This document shows positions 22,122-30,614 of a stretch of DNA of 64,000 nucleotides, in pieces. The stretch comes from an uncultured Eubacteriales bacterium (GTDB taxonomy: Bacteria > Actinomycetota > Coriobacteriia > Anaerosomatales > PHET01), in the NCBI GenBank assembly GCA_964607705.1, contig CAZSLI010000001.1, forward strand, positions 145,420 to 209,419, read 5' to 3'. The translations under genes were made by a program, and so were the position numbers. The first letter of the stretch is position 1; each line of letters opens with the position of its first letter. The notes beneath the pieces are model-generated. The model saw nothing but the letters and a program-made list of their open reading frames with translations. It made no database searches and was not told the origin of the DNA.

Positions 22122-23717
22122 GTGACCGACAGGGAGTCGAGCGCCAGCGTATCCTCGGCTGACCTCGTCGTCCGCCTCAGTCCCGTCCGTGCCAGGCAGC
22201 TCCGCGTACTGGCATGGGCATTCCTGCCTGCATTGGCTCTGGTCTACTACTTCGTGCTGATGTCGGGGATTCCGCCGTTCACGCGGCTGCTGATCCTGGA
22301 GCTCATCTACTGCACGCCGATACTCGCGACCGTGGCATTGAGCTACGTCGCCTATTCGAGAGCCGAGCCGGCCGAGAGTCGCTTCTGGGGCTATCTCGCG
22401 TGCGCTAACTTCGTGCTGTTCCTCTGCGAAGTCCTTCTTGTGTGGTGGGTTGCGCTAATAGACCCTTCGGGCCCGCCACGCGTTTCGTGGCCGTTCCACG
22501 TCCTGCACGCCATCGCGGCATCGTTCTTCATCGCCGCACTCTTCCGCATGACTCGGTTCGCGTCGGCGCCTGCGTCGACGCGCCTTCGCTGGGCGGGCGA
22601 CATAGGAATGTCCCTGCTCGTCGTGGCCGTCTTGCTGGCGGAGTTCTACGTGCGCCCGGTGATGTCGAGCGCGGGCGCTTCGGTGTCGGAGCAGGTGCTA
22701 GGCGTCGGCTATGCACTGTTTGCCGTGCTTGTCGCAGGCGGGACGCTGAGCATTCTGGTCGGCTTCAAGGTGGACAAGTGGAGGTCGTGGGACAAACTGG
22801 TGGCCGGAGCGCTGATCATCTACAGCGCTGCCATCGTCATGTGGCCGATGTGGTTCGCCACCGCGTCGAGTGGTTCGCGCAACTACGAGCGGGGAGTTCT
22901 CGACCTCATCCAGATGTCCGGGCACTGGCTGCTCATGGCAGCGGCTGTCTACCGGCTCACCGAGCTGGGCGAATGGGAGATGCGTCCGCTTCCCGCTCTG
23001 ACACATCCCACGCGCCGATGGGCTTCGCTCATCACGCCTGCGATCGTGCTGTTCGCCGTGCCCTACATCGCCTGGAATACCTACCGTTCCTTCGGGGACT
23101 CGGCCTGGTTCACCATCTACGCGTTCGTCTTCTGGGCGATCACGGTCCTTGCCCTGTTCCGCAGCATGCTCATCAACCTTGAGAACACCACGCTGTTCCA
23201 TCAGTCGGTCACGGACCCGCTCACCGGTCTGCACAACCACAGGTTCTTCTACGAGCGGCTCGATGACGAGCTCGCCCGCGCCAAACGCTACGGTGACGAC
23301 CTTTCGGTGATCGTGCTGGACCTGGACGGCTTCGGCCAGCTGAACGCCGAGCATGGGCACGAGCAGGGCGAGATCATGCTTCAGAAGGTTGCCCAACTCG
23401 TGGCCTCGCGCTGTGCTGGTAGATGCGCTGCCGCCCGGCTCGGCGGCGACGATTTCGGCATCATCGCGCCGGAGACGGATATGTTTCAGGCGACGGTGCT
23501 CGGACGGCGCATCCTCGACTCGATCTCGATCGAGGCCGGAGTGAACCCCGGAGACCTCACGGCCTGTGCGGGCGTCGCGACGTATCCTCGGCATGCCGAG
23601 ACCGCCGAGGGGCTCGCGCGCGAGGCGGAGCGGGCGCTCGAGGAAGCCAAGCAGTCCGGCCGCGACCGGCTCGTGACTAGATCCGAGCCATCACCTTCGT
23701 CACGTCCCGCGGCGTAA
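22122..23717 (+). CDS. Polytopic membrane GGDEF-domain protein (variant GGDDF signature)
   Basis: About 330 aa of TM helices, then TDPLTGLHNHRFF...VLDLDGFGQLNAEHGHEQGE...RLGGDDFGIIAP. Confidence 0.8.
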   Translation: MTDRESSASVSSADLVVRLSPVRARQLRVLAWAFLPALALVYYFVLMSGIPPFTRLLILELIYCTPILATVALSYVAYSRAEPAESRFWGYLACANFVLFLCEVLLVWWVALIDPSGPPRVSWPFHVLHAIAASFFIAALFRMTRFASAPASTRLRWAGDIGMSLLVVAVLLAEFYVRPVMSSAGASVSEQVLGVGYALFAVLVAGGTLSILVGFKVDKWRSWDKLVAGALIIYSAAIVMWPMWFATASSGSRNYERGVLDLIQMSGHWLLMAAAVYRLTELGEWEMRPLPALTHPTRRWASLITPAIVLFAVPYIAWNTYRSFGDSAWFTIYAFVFWAITVLALFRSMLINLENTTLFHQSVTDPLTGLHNHRFFYERLDDELARAKRYGDDLSVIVLDLDGFGQLNAEHGHEQGEIMLQKVAQLVASRCAGRCAAARLGGDDFGIIAPETDMFQATVLGRRILDSISIEAGVNPGDLTACAGVATYPRHAETAEGLAREAERALEEAKQSGRDRLVTRSEPSPSSRPAA

Positions 23718-24558
23718 GGGCGCGCTGCCAGCCCGGGGTTCGCGCCTCTTCGAGCTCATCCTCGTACGTGAGCTCGCCCTCTTTGCGGTAGTAGACGCCG
23801 ATGGGGATCTTGCACTGATCCGGCTCGCACGTCAGCGCATGGAAGGTCGACAGCGACAAGTCGAACGCCTTGGTGAGGTCGGTCGGGTCCCAATCGGTGT
23901 CTTCGAGCTTGTAGACGCGCTCCTTGAACCACGGGAACGTGTTGATCTTGTTGAAGGTCACGCACGGCTGGAAGACGTCGACGAGCGCGAATCCCTTGTG
24001 CGTGAGCGCCTGTACGTAGAGATCCGTCAGGTGCGCGACGTCGCCGGCGAAGCCGCGGGCCACGAAGGTCGCCCTCTCGGCGAGGGCGATGCCAAGGGGG
24101 TTCACCGGTTCCTCGAGGACGCCCTGCGGCGTAGAGATGGTCTTCATGAGGTGATCGCTTGTAGGCGACGCCTGGCCAGTCGTGAGGCCGTAGATCTGGT
24201 TGTTGTGGGCGATCACCGTCAAGTCGACGTTGCGGCGCACCGTGTGCACGAAGTGCCCCATGCCGAGACCGTATCCGTCACCGTCGCCCATCTCCACGAT
24301 CACGTGCTGGTCGGGCCTGGTGAGCTTGTACGCGGTAGCGGGTGGCAGTGCGCGTCCGTGGAGTGCGTGGAAGCCCTGGACATCGTAGAAGTCGGCGCCG
24401 TTGCCGAACTGCCCGATACCCCAGAACATCGCGAAGTCGCGCTTCTCCCAGCCGAGCTGCTCGAGCGCGGCCTTCAAGGCTTTGAACATCTGGTAGTTGC
24501 CGCATCCCGGGCACCAGGTGGGCGCAAGGGCGGACTCGAAGGACTTGGCATCAGGCAT
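23677..24558 (-). CDS. 2-oxoacid:ferredoxin oxidoreductase beta (TPP-binding) subunit
   Basis: WCPGCGNY N-terminal motif and TPP-binding GDGDGYGLG. Confidence 0.9.
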   Translation of the reverse strand: MPDAKSFESALAPTWCPGCGNYQMFKALKAALEQLGWEKRDFAMFWGIGQFGNGADFYDVQGFHALHGRALPPATAYKLTRPDQHVIVEMGDGDGYGLGMGHFVHTVRRNVDLTVIAHNNQIYGLTTGQASPTSDHLMKTISTPQGVLEEPVNPLGIALAERATFVARGFAGDVAHLTDLYVQALTHKGFALVDVFQPCVTFNKINTFPWFKERVYKLEDTDWDPTDLTKAFDLSLSTFHALTCEPDQCKIPIGVYYRKEGELTYEDELEEARTPGWQRALTPRDVTKVMARI

Positions 24559-26405
24559 CAGGACGGCACCTCCTCGGCGACTGCGACGGCGCCGGCGGCA
24601 GTGAGCTCCACCGGCGTGCCGAGTATGTCGCGGATCTTCGCGTACACGAGCTCGGGCGAGATCGGGCGGCCGTCGTAGCGGCGTAGACGCTCATCGACGC
24701 CGCGCAGGCACGCCTCCCGGACGAGGCCCTCGAACTGGCCGGTCGCGTTGCCCTCGATGACGAGGGTGCGCTTCGCGCCGTCGATGAAGGCGGAGACCTC
24801 CTCGGCGGGGAAGGGGGAGAGGCAGACCACCTGCAGCATGTTGACGGTGCGCCCCTCCGCTTCGAGCCACTTCATCGCTTCACGGGCCGGCATCTTCGTA
24901 GTGCCGAAGCAAAGGATCGAGACGTCGGCCTCATCGGGACCGAAGCGGTTGGGAGGCGGGACGAGAGTGCGCGCGAGGTCCAGCTTGCGCAGACGCTTCT
25001 CGTTCTGGGCGATGCGGTTCTCAGCTGTCTCGCCTTCCTGACCCCAACCTGCCTCGTCGTGCTCGTACGAGTTCACGAGCTGGACGGCGCCCTCGACACC
25101 AGGGACAGCGCGGACGCTCACGCCATCGTCGGTCACCTTGTAGCGCAGATAGCGGCCGTCTTCGCCGAGCGCGTCGGGGCTCTCGGCGACGTTTCCTTCG
25201 AGCACGATCTTGCCGCGGTCGATGGTGACCGCCGCGGTGTCGTAGTCGCTCCACGTCTGCCTATTGTCCGACAGGTACGAGTCGCCGAGGATGACGACCG
25301 GCGTCTGGAGGATGTCGGCGTAGTTGAACGCCTTCCACGTGAGCTCGAACGCTTCTCCGTGGTCGCCGGGCGCCAGCACCACGCGCGGGAATTCGCCTTG
25401 CGCCGCATGAAGGACGAAGCGCAGATCGCTCTGCTCGGTCCAGGTGGGCATGCCGGTGGCCGGCCCCGGTCGCGTGAACACGCCTACGACGCAGGCGGTC
25501 TCGCTGACGCCCGCCATCCCGAACGCCTCTACCATGAGCGCGAAGCCGCCGCCTGCGGTCGCGCACATCGCTCGTGTTCCGCCGAAGGCCGCGCCGAGCA
25601 CCATGTTCATCGCCGCGATCTCGTCCTCCGTGTGCTTCACGACGACGCCATAGTCGTGACCGTTGGCGGCCATGAAGCCGAGCAGTGACGACGACGGCGT
25701 CATCGGGTAGGCGCCGTAGAAACCGATGCCCGCCGCCAGTGCGCCGAGACCGATCGCCTCGTTGCCCTCGGCGAGAACCGGTCGCGGACCTTCAAGAGCG
25801 CGTGGCTCGAGTTTGTAGGGAAAGTCGCAGTGCGCCTGCTGTGCGTACTGGTAGCCTGCGGTGGCGACGTTCACGTTCTGATCGGTGATCTCGGGCGCCT
25901 TGTGGGCGAACTGCGCCCGGATGGAGTCGAGAAGCCCGTCGAGCGGGAAGTCCATGTGGCCGAGGACTGCGCCCAAGGCGGCGACGTTGCGCATGATCTT
26001 GACGCCGCCGGCCTGCTTGACGACGTCGGTCAGCGGGACGCTCACCAGGCACAGGTCGTCGCGCTGTCCGAGGTCGCTCTCATCGGGTTCGAAGTCGGCA
26101 GGGTCGTAGATGATGGCGGCCCCCAAGGTGAGTTCGTGCACGTGCGTGCGCACAGTGGCGCGGTCGAGCGCGACGAGCACGTCCGTGGGCATCACGTGGC
26201 TGAAGATGGGGTCGACGCTCACCCGCACGTGGTAGGTGTTGTGGCCGCCCTTGATGAGCGACGGGTACTCGGTGAGGTCGAACGTGTGGTATCCGGACGA
26301 GGCGAAGACCCGCGCGAGTGACTGCCCCGCCGCCTTGATGCCGAATCCGGCCGGTCCGCCGAGGCGGATCCGTACTTCGCGTCCGTAGGGTGCCCGCGCT
26401 TCCAT
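24558..26405 (-). CDS. 2-oxoacid:ferredoxin oxidoreductase alpha subunit (fused gamma-alpha)
   Basis: N-terminal gamma-like GGPAGFGIKAAG, followed by a pyrimidine-binding alpha domain. 615 aa. Ends 1 nt into the beta gene. Confidence 0.9.
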   Translation of the reverse strand: MEARAPYGREVRIRLGGPAGFGIKAAGQSLARVFASSGYHTFDLTEYPSLIKGGHNTYHVRVSVDPIFSHVMPTDVLVALDRATVRTHVHELTLGAAIIYDPADFEPDESDLGQRDDLCLVSVPLTDVVKQAGGVKIMRNVAALGAVLGHMDFPLDGLLDSIRAQFAHKAPEITDQNVNVATAGYQYAQQAHCDFPYKLEPRALEGPRPVLAEGNEAIGLGALAAGIGFYGAYPMTPSSSLLGFMAANGHDYGVVVKHTEDEIAAMNMVLGAAFGGTRAMCATAGGGFALMVEAFGMAGVSETACVVGVFTRPGPATGMPTWTEQSDLRFVLHAAQGEFPRVVLAPGDHGEAFELTWKAFNYADILQTPVVILGDSYLSDNRQTWSDYDTAAVTIDRGKIVLEGNVAESPDALGEDGRYLRYKVTDDGVSVRAVPGVEGAVQLVNSYEHDEAGWGQEGETAENRIAQNEKRLRKLDLARTLVPPPNRFGPDEADVSILCFGTTKMPAREAMKWLEAEGRTVNMLQVVCLSPFPAEEVSAFIDGAKRTLVIEGNATGQFEGLVREACLRGVDERLRRYDGRPISPELVYAKIRDILGTPVELTAAGAVAVAEEVPS

Positions 26406-26511
26406 GCCGGCGTCCTTTCCGGTGTTGGGAGTGGGAACGGTGAGGTTTTCACCATAGCGTTTGTTCCCGTTGTTCGAGAGAGCGCGGTGCTGTCGTGAGA
26501 TACTTCATCAC

Positions 26512-27735
26512 ATGACCTCGAATCAACCCACCATAGTCGTCGGCGTCACCGGCTGCATCGCGGCGTACAAGTCGTGTGAGCTGGTGCGCACACTCCAGAA
26601 GGCCGGCTGCCGCGTGAAGGTCGTCATGACCGAGAATGCGACCCGCTTCGTGGGTACCGCGACCTTCCGAGCGCTCACGGGTGAGCCCGTGGCCGTTTCG
26701 CTGTGGGACGAACCGGCAGCCAAAGTGCATCATGTGTCCCTTGCCGAGGAGGCCGACGTCTTCGTGGTCGCCCCGGCGACCGCTAACGTGCTGGCGAAGA
26801 TCGCGACCGGCCGTGCGGACGACCTGCTGACGACCGTGGTGCTTGCGACCGAAGCCCCACTAGTCGTGGCGCCGGCAATGAACGTCCACATGTGGCGCGC
26901 GAAGGCGACCCGCGAGAACATCGCGACGCTGCGAGACAGCGGAGTGCTCATCGTGGAGCCGGAGAGCGGCGAGCTTGCATGCGGCGACATTGGGGAGGGT
27001 CGGCTGGCCGATGTGGCAGCGATCGCTGAGGCGGTGCTCGCCGAGGCGCGGCGTAGTCGTGACCTCGAGGGCGTCTCGGTACTCGTGACCGCAGGGCCCA
27101 CCGAGGAGCCGATCGATCCCGTGCGGTTCATCGGCAATCGAAGCAGCGGTAAGACCGGCTATGCGATCGCCGAGGAAGCCGCCCGCCGAGGAGCGGAGGT
27201 CACGCTCGTGAGCGGACCTACGGCGCTTCCCGACCCGTTCGGCGTGCGTGTGGTGCGGGTGACCACTGCGCTGGAGATGGAGGCGGCGGTCGACGCGAAT
27301 TACGACGTCGCCGACGCAGTGGTGGCTTCGGCAGCGGTGGCGGACTTCCGGCCCGAGGTCGCAGCGCCCGGCAAGCTGAAGAAGGCGACTGCGCCGGACG
27401 AGGTTCGGCTCGTGCGCAACCCCGACATTTTGGCAGGGCTGGGTGCGCGCAAGGGCGGCCGCCTGTTGGTGGGATTCGCCGCCGAGACCGGCGACGTACT
27501 CGGCGAGGCGCGTCGCAAGCTGGCCGACAAGAACCTCGACCTCGTGGTCGCGAACGACGTCTCCCGACCCGCGCTCGGCTTTGGCACCGACGCCAATCGG
27601 GTGTGGCTGGTCGCGGGAGAGGGCGCCGAGGAGCTGCCGGTCCTCGGCAAGAAGACGATAGCGCGCGAGCTGTGGGACAGGCTCGCTGAAGATGCTCGGG
27701 CTGCTGCGGTGGCCCGGATGGCGAAGAAGGAGTAG
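26512..27735 (+). CDS. coaBC: Bifunctional phosphopantothenoylcysteine decarboxylase / phosphopantothenate-cysteine ligase
   Basis: [55 protein letters not shown]. Confidence 0.9.
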   Translation: MTSNQPTIVVGVTGCIAAYKSCELVRTLQKAGCRVKVVMTENATRFVGTATFRALTGEPVAVSLWDEPAAKVHHVSLAEEADVFVVAPATANVLAKIATGRADDLLTTVVLATEAPLVVAPAMNVHMWRAKATRENIATLRDSGVLIVEPESGELACGDIGEGRLADVAAIAEAVLAEARRSRDLEGVSVLVTAGPTEEPIDPVRFIGNRSSGKTGYAIAEEAARRGAEVTLVSGPTALPDPFGVRVVRVTTALEMEAAVDANYDVADAVVASAAVADFRPEVAAPGKLKKATAPDEVRLVRNPDILAGLGARKGGRLLVGFAAETGDVLGEARRKLADKNLDLVVANDVSRPALGFGTDANRVWLVAGEGAEELPVLGKKTIARELWDRLAEDARAAAVARMAKKE

Positions 27736-27738
27736 CGA

Positions 27739-28101
27739 ATGGCGACACACACTCTCGAAGGACAGGCGAAGCGGCTGTCGGCGTATGTGGGCGAGGACGA
27801 GATCTACGAGGACGACAGGCCGCTCTATCAGGCGCTGATCGAGCAGGCACGGATCCAGGGGTGTGCAGGGGCGACTGCGCTGCGCGGCCTGTCGGGATTC
27901 GGGGCCTCGAGCCGCGACGTGGCCAAGCACGCGCTGCGCATGTCCACGGACTGCCCGGTGCTCGTATCGGTCATCGACGAGGGGCCGCGCATCGCCGCGC
28001 TCGCCGAGGTCTGGTCGGCGATGATCCCCAGCGGACTCGTCATCATCGAGGACGTGAATGTCATCTCGTATTGCAAGCGAGGAGAGTGCCTTCCGGAATA
28101 G
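27739..28101 (+). CDS. DUF190 (PII-like fold) protein
   Basis: RLSAYVGEDE...PLYQALIEQARIQGCAGATALRGLSGFG pattern typical of DUF190. 3 nt after the coaBC stop. Confidence 0.65.
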   Translation: MATHTLEGQAKRLSAYVGEDEIYEDDRPLYQALIEQARIQGCAGATALRGLSGFGASSRDVAKHALRMSTDCPVLVSVIDEGPRIAALAEVWSAMIPSGLVIIEDVNVISYCKRGECLPE

Positions 28102-28169
28102 GTAGAACCGACCCTTGCCGCTGGCGTGCGGGATAAGTAGTATTACTCCCTGCCGCTTGGCGGCAGTAT

Positions 28170-28246
<77 letters not shown>

Positions 28247-28255
28247 GAGCTTTCG

Positions 28256-28287
28256 CAGGGCACCCTTCGCGGGTGCCCTGTTTGCTT
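28256..28287 (+). terminator. Rho-independent terminator after the tRNA
   Basis: CAGGGCACCC-TTCGC-GGGTGCCCTG followed by TTTGCTT. Confidence 0.6.
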
Positions 28288-28406
28288 CGGCCCATAGAAT
28301 CTCGGCGACGCACTCGCGAAGGTCGCCTCCGCCCGGGTCGCGACTCCGGCAATCGACCACCACCTGATCACGGCTGCCTGTTGCGCGCTATCCTGATTCA
28401 AGCCCT

Positions 28407-29300
28407 TTGAGCGTCCCAACCCCGAGGAATGTCATCGATGACGGACACGAGCGTACGGTGAACAACGAATACGAGCTGTTGGACAGTGGTGAAGGGCGCA
28501 AGCTCGAACGATTCGGCGAGGTGGTTCTGTCTCGTCCATGCGGGCAGGCGGTGTGGGATGTGCGCGAGCCGGAGAAGTGGGTGAGGGCCGCTGCCTCATT
28601 CGACCGGGAGTACGGATGGCAGACGCATGGAGATGCCGAGTTGCCCTCTAGCTGGACTGTCACGATCAACGACATAGCGATGCTGCTGAAGCCCACACCT
28701 GCCGGGCATCTCGGCGTGTTCCCTGAGACACGCATGCTATGGGATTGGATCACCGGCACGCTCAGGTCGCCCAGCGCAGCGACGGTGAACGTTCTCAACC
28801 TGTTCGCGCACTCGGGCGGAGCAACACTTGCCGCCGCTCGTGCCGGCTGTTCGGTGTGTCACGTGGACTCCTCGAAGTCGATGGTCGCGCGTGCCAGAGA
28901 GAACGCCGGCCTGAACGGACTTGATGAAGCACCCATACGATGGATCGTCGAAGACGTCGGCAAGTTCCTGGATCGAGAGATTCGCCGCGGTCGCAGGTAC
29001 GATGTGATCATGCTAGACCCGCCCTCGTTCGGACATGGCACCAAGGGCGAGCAGTACAGGATCGACAGGGATCTCGATTCGACGTTGCGACAGTGCAGGG
29101 CGCTGCTTACCGGCGAGCCCGCATTCGTGCTGCTGACATCGCATACTCAGGGCGTGACGACCGCAAGACTCGAGAGCCTGTTGACGGACGCACTGGACTG
29201 CGGTCACGTGGCGTCCGGCGAGATGCAGTTGACCGGCGCCAGCGGTGTGCGCCCGGTGAACAGCGGCATGTGGGTACGCTGGACCCCTTCCGCCCGGTAA
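28407..29300 (+). CDS. Class I SAM-dependent (RlmI/COG1092-like) methyltransferase
   Basis: YELLDSGEGRKLERFG N-terminal signature, SAM site NLFAHSGGATLAAA, DVIMLDPPSFG. The start is uncertain (TTG 28407 or GTG 28458). Confidence 0.75.
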   Translation: MSVPTPRNVIDDGHERTVNNEYELLDSGEGRKLERFGEVVLSRPCGQAVWDVREPEKWVRAAASFDREYGWQTHGDAELPSSWTVTINDIAMLLKPTPAGHLGVFPETRMLWDWITGTLRSPSAATVNVLNLFAHSGGATLAAARAGCSVCHVDSSKSMVARARENAGLNGLDEAPIRWIVEDVGKFLDREIRRGRRYDVIMLDPPSFGHGTKGEQYRIDRDLDSTLRQCRALLTGEPAFVLLTSHTQGVTTARLESLLTDALDCGHVASGEMQLTGASGVRPVNSGMWVRWTPSAR

Positions 29301-29372
29301 GCGGCCGTGAACGCCAGCCAACTCCACGACAAACTTCGACAAACCGATTTCCTCAAGACTGAGAAGGATGCG

Positions 29373-30614
29373 ATGCCCGAGTCGAGCGTGCTGATCATCG
29401 GTGGAGGGGCCTCGGGTCTGTCGGCAGCCATAGCGGCGGCGCGTCTTGGGGTGGCGGTCACGGTACTGGAGGCTGGCCCGCGGGTTGGTCGGAAGATCTT
29501 GGCGAGCGGCAATGGGCGCTGCAACCTCACGAACCTCTCGGTATCGCCAGGAGCTTTCAACCGCCCCCAGTTCGTCGAGGCGGTGCTCGGCGCGTATCCG
29601 TGCGAAGTTGTTCGCTCCTTCTTTAGCGACATCGGCTTGCTGACTCGCGCGGATGATGAGGGCCGGGTATACCCGGTGACGAACTTCGCCGGTTCAGTCC
29701 TCGATACTCTGCGGCTTGAGTGTGCGCACCTCGGCGTGGAGGTGCGCTGCGGGTTCGATGTCGCCAGAATCTCGGCGGACCCGGGCCTCAACCGTTTCGT
29801 GGCGACTGCGGCCACCGGGGAGACAGCCCGAGCGCACGCGGTGGTCGTCGCGACGGGAGGGGGTGGTTCGCTCTTGGCAGGCGCTGGTCACGGCATGGTC
29901 GAGACAGTTCCGGTGCTCGGGCCTATCAGGACAAACACCGAGCCGATTCGCGGGCTCTCCGGGGTCCGCGTACGGTGCGCGGCGACTCTCCTCGTTGGCT
30001 GTGATGGAGACGACGCGGGCGGCGATGCTGTCGCTACCGAGCGTGGCGAGCTTCTCTTCCGCGAGTACGGAGTGAGCGGGATCATGATCTTCGATCTGTC
30101 GCGCTACCTGAAGCCGAGGAGCGTCATCTCGATCGACTTCTTCCCGGAGATCGCTTCCGAGGAGCTCCAGGTGATGATCGAGCGCCGTTGTAGGGCGCTG
30201 GAATGGCGCGACGCGGACACGCTCTTCGCAGGCATGCTCCATGACCGGGTCGCGCGCGCCATTCTCTCGGCTGCGGGAGTGAGTCTGGACACCCCGGTTC
30301 GAAGACTGCCCCAGGCGCGACTCGCTCGACTTCTCAAGGACTTCCGACTGAACGTGACCGGCATGGGTGATGTCAGCCAGGCGCAGGTGACGCGCGGTGG
30401 CGCGTCGGTGGATGAATTCGATCCGAGCACAATGGCATCGGCTCACGTGGAGGGGCTGTTCGCCGCGGGCGAGGTTCTCGACATCGATGGCCGCTCCGGC
30501 GGTTTCAACCTGCATTGGGCCTGGGCGTCAGGCATAGTGGCCGGAGAGGCAGCTGCGCGCGCAGCCGTGAAGCGCGTCGCGCAAGACGACGGCCCGTCGA
30601 GTGGTTCAGCGTGA
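29373..30614 (+). CDS. HI0933/BaiN-family NAD(P)/FAD-dependent flavoprotein
   Basis: VLIIGGGASGLSAAIAAARLG, SGNGRCNLTN, C-terminal GEVLDIDGRSGGFNLHWAWASG. Confidence 0.8.
   Translation: MPESSVLIIGGGASGLSAAIAAARLGVAVTVLEAGPRVGRKILASGNGRCNLTNLSVSPGAFNRPQFVEAVLGAYPCEVVRSFFSDIGLLTRADDEGRVYPVTNFAGSVLDTLRLECAHLGVEVRCGFDVARISADPGLNRFVATAATGETARAHAVVVATGGGGSLLAGAGHGMVETVPVLGPIRTNTEPIRGLSGVRVRCAATLLVGCDGDDAGGDAVATERGELLFREYGVSGIMIFDLSRYLKPRSVISIDFFPEIASEELQVMIERRCRALEWRDADTLFAGMLHDRVARAILSAAGVSLDTPVRRLPQARLARLLKDFRLNVTGMGDVSQAQVTRGGASVDEFDPSTMASAHVEGLFAAGEVLDIDGRSGGFNLHWAWASGIVAGEAAARAAVKRVAQDDGPSSGSA

Noticed and set aside
22698-23594. 298-aa minus-strand ORF, and similar long antisense or alternate-frame ORFs (e.g. 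1837-2526, 9366-10064, 13901-15076, 34848-35618, 39639-40679, 46891-48165, 55497-56738, 58794-59885, 61795-62811)
   Set aside because: Each overlaps a confidently identified gene on the other strand or in another frame. Each has Arg/Pro/Gly-rich composition and no RBS or motif support.
23677-23717. 41-nt convergent overlap between the GGDEF gene and the oxidoreductase beta gene
   Set aside because: Short 3'-end overlaps are expected where stop codons are rare. Nothing suggests a functional element.
26439-26451. GTGAGGTTTTCAC in the 2-oxoacid oxidoreductase / coaBC divergent region as a Rex operator
   Set aside because: Only the GTGA/TCAC ends are palindromic, and the spacing is N5 rather than the N6 of TGTGA-N6-TCACA. 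The evidence is insufficient.
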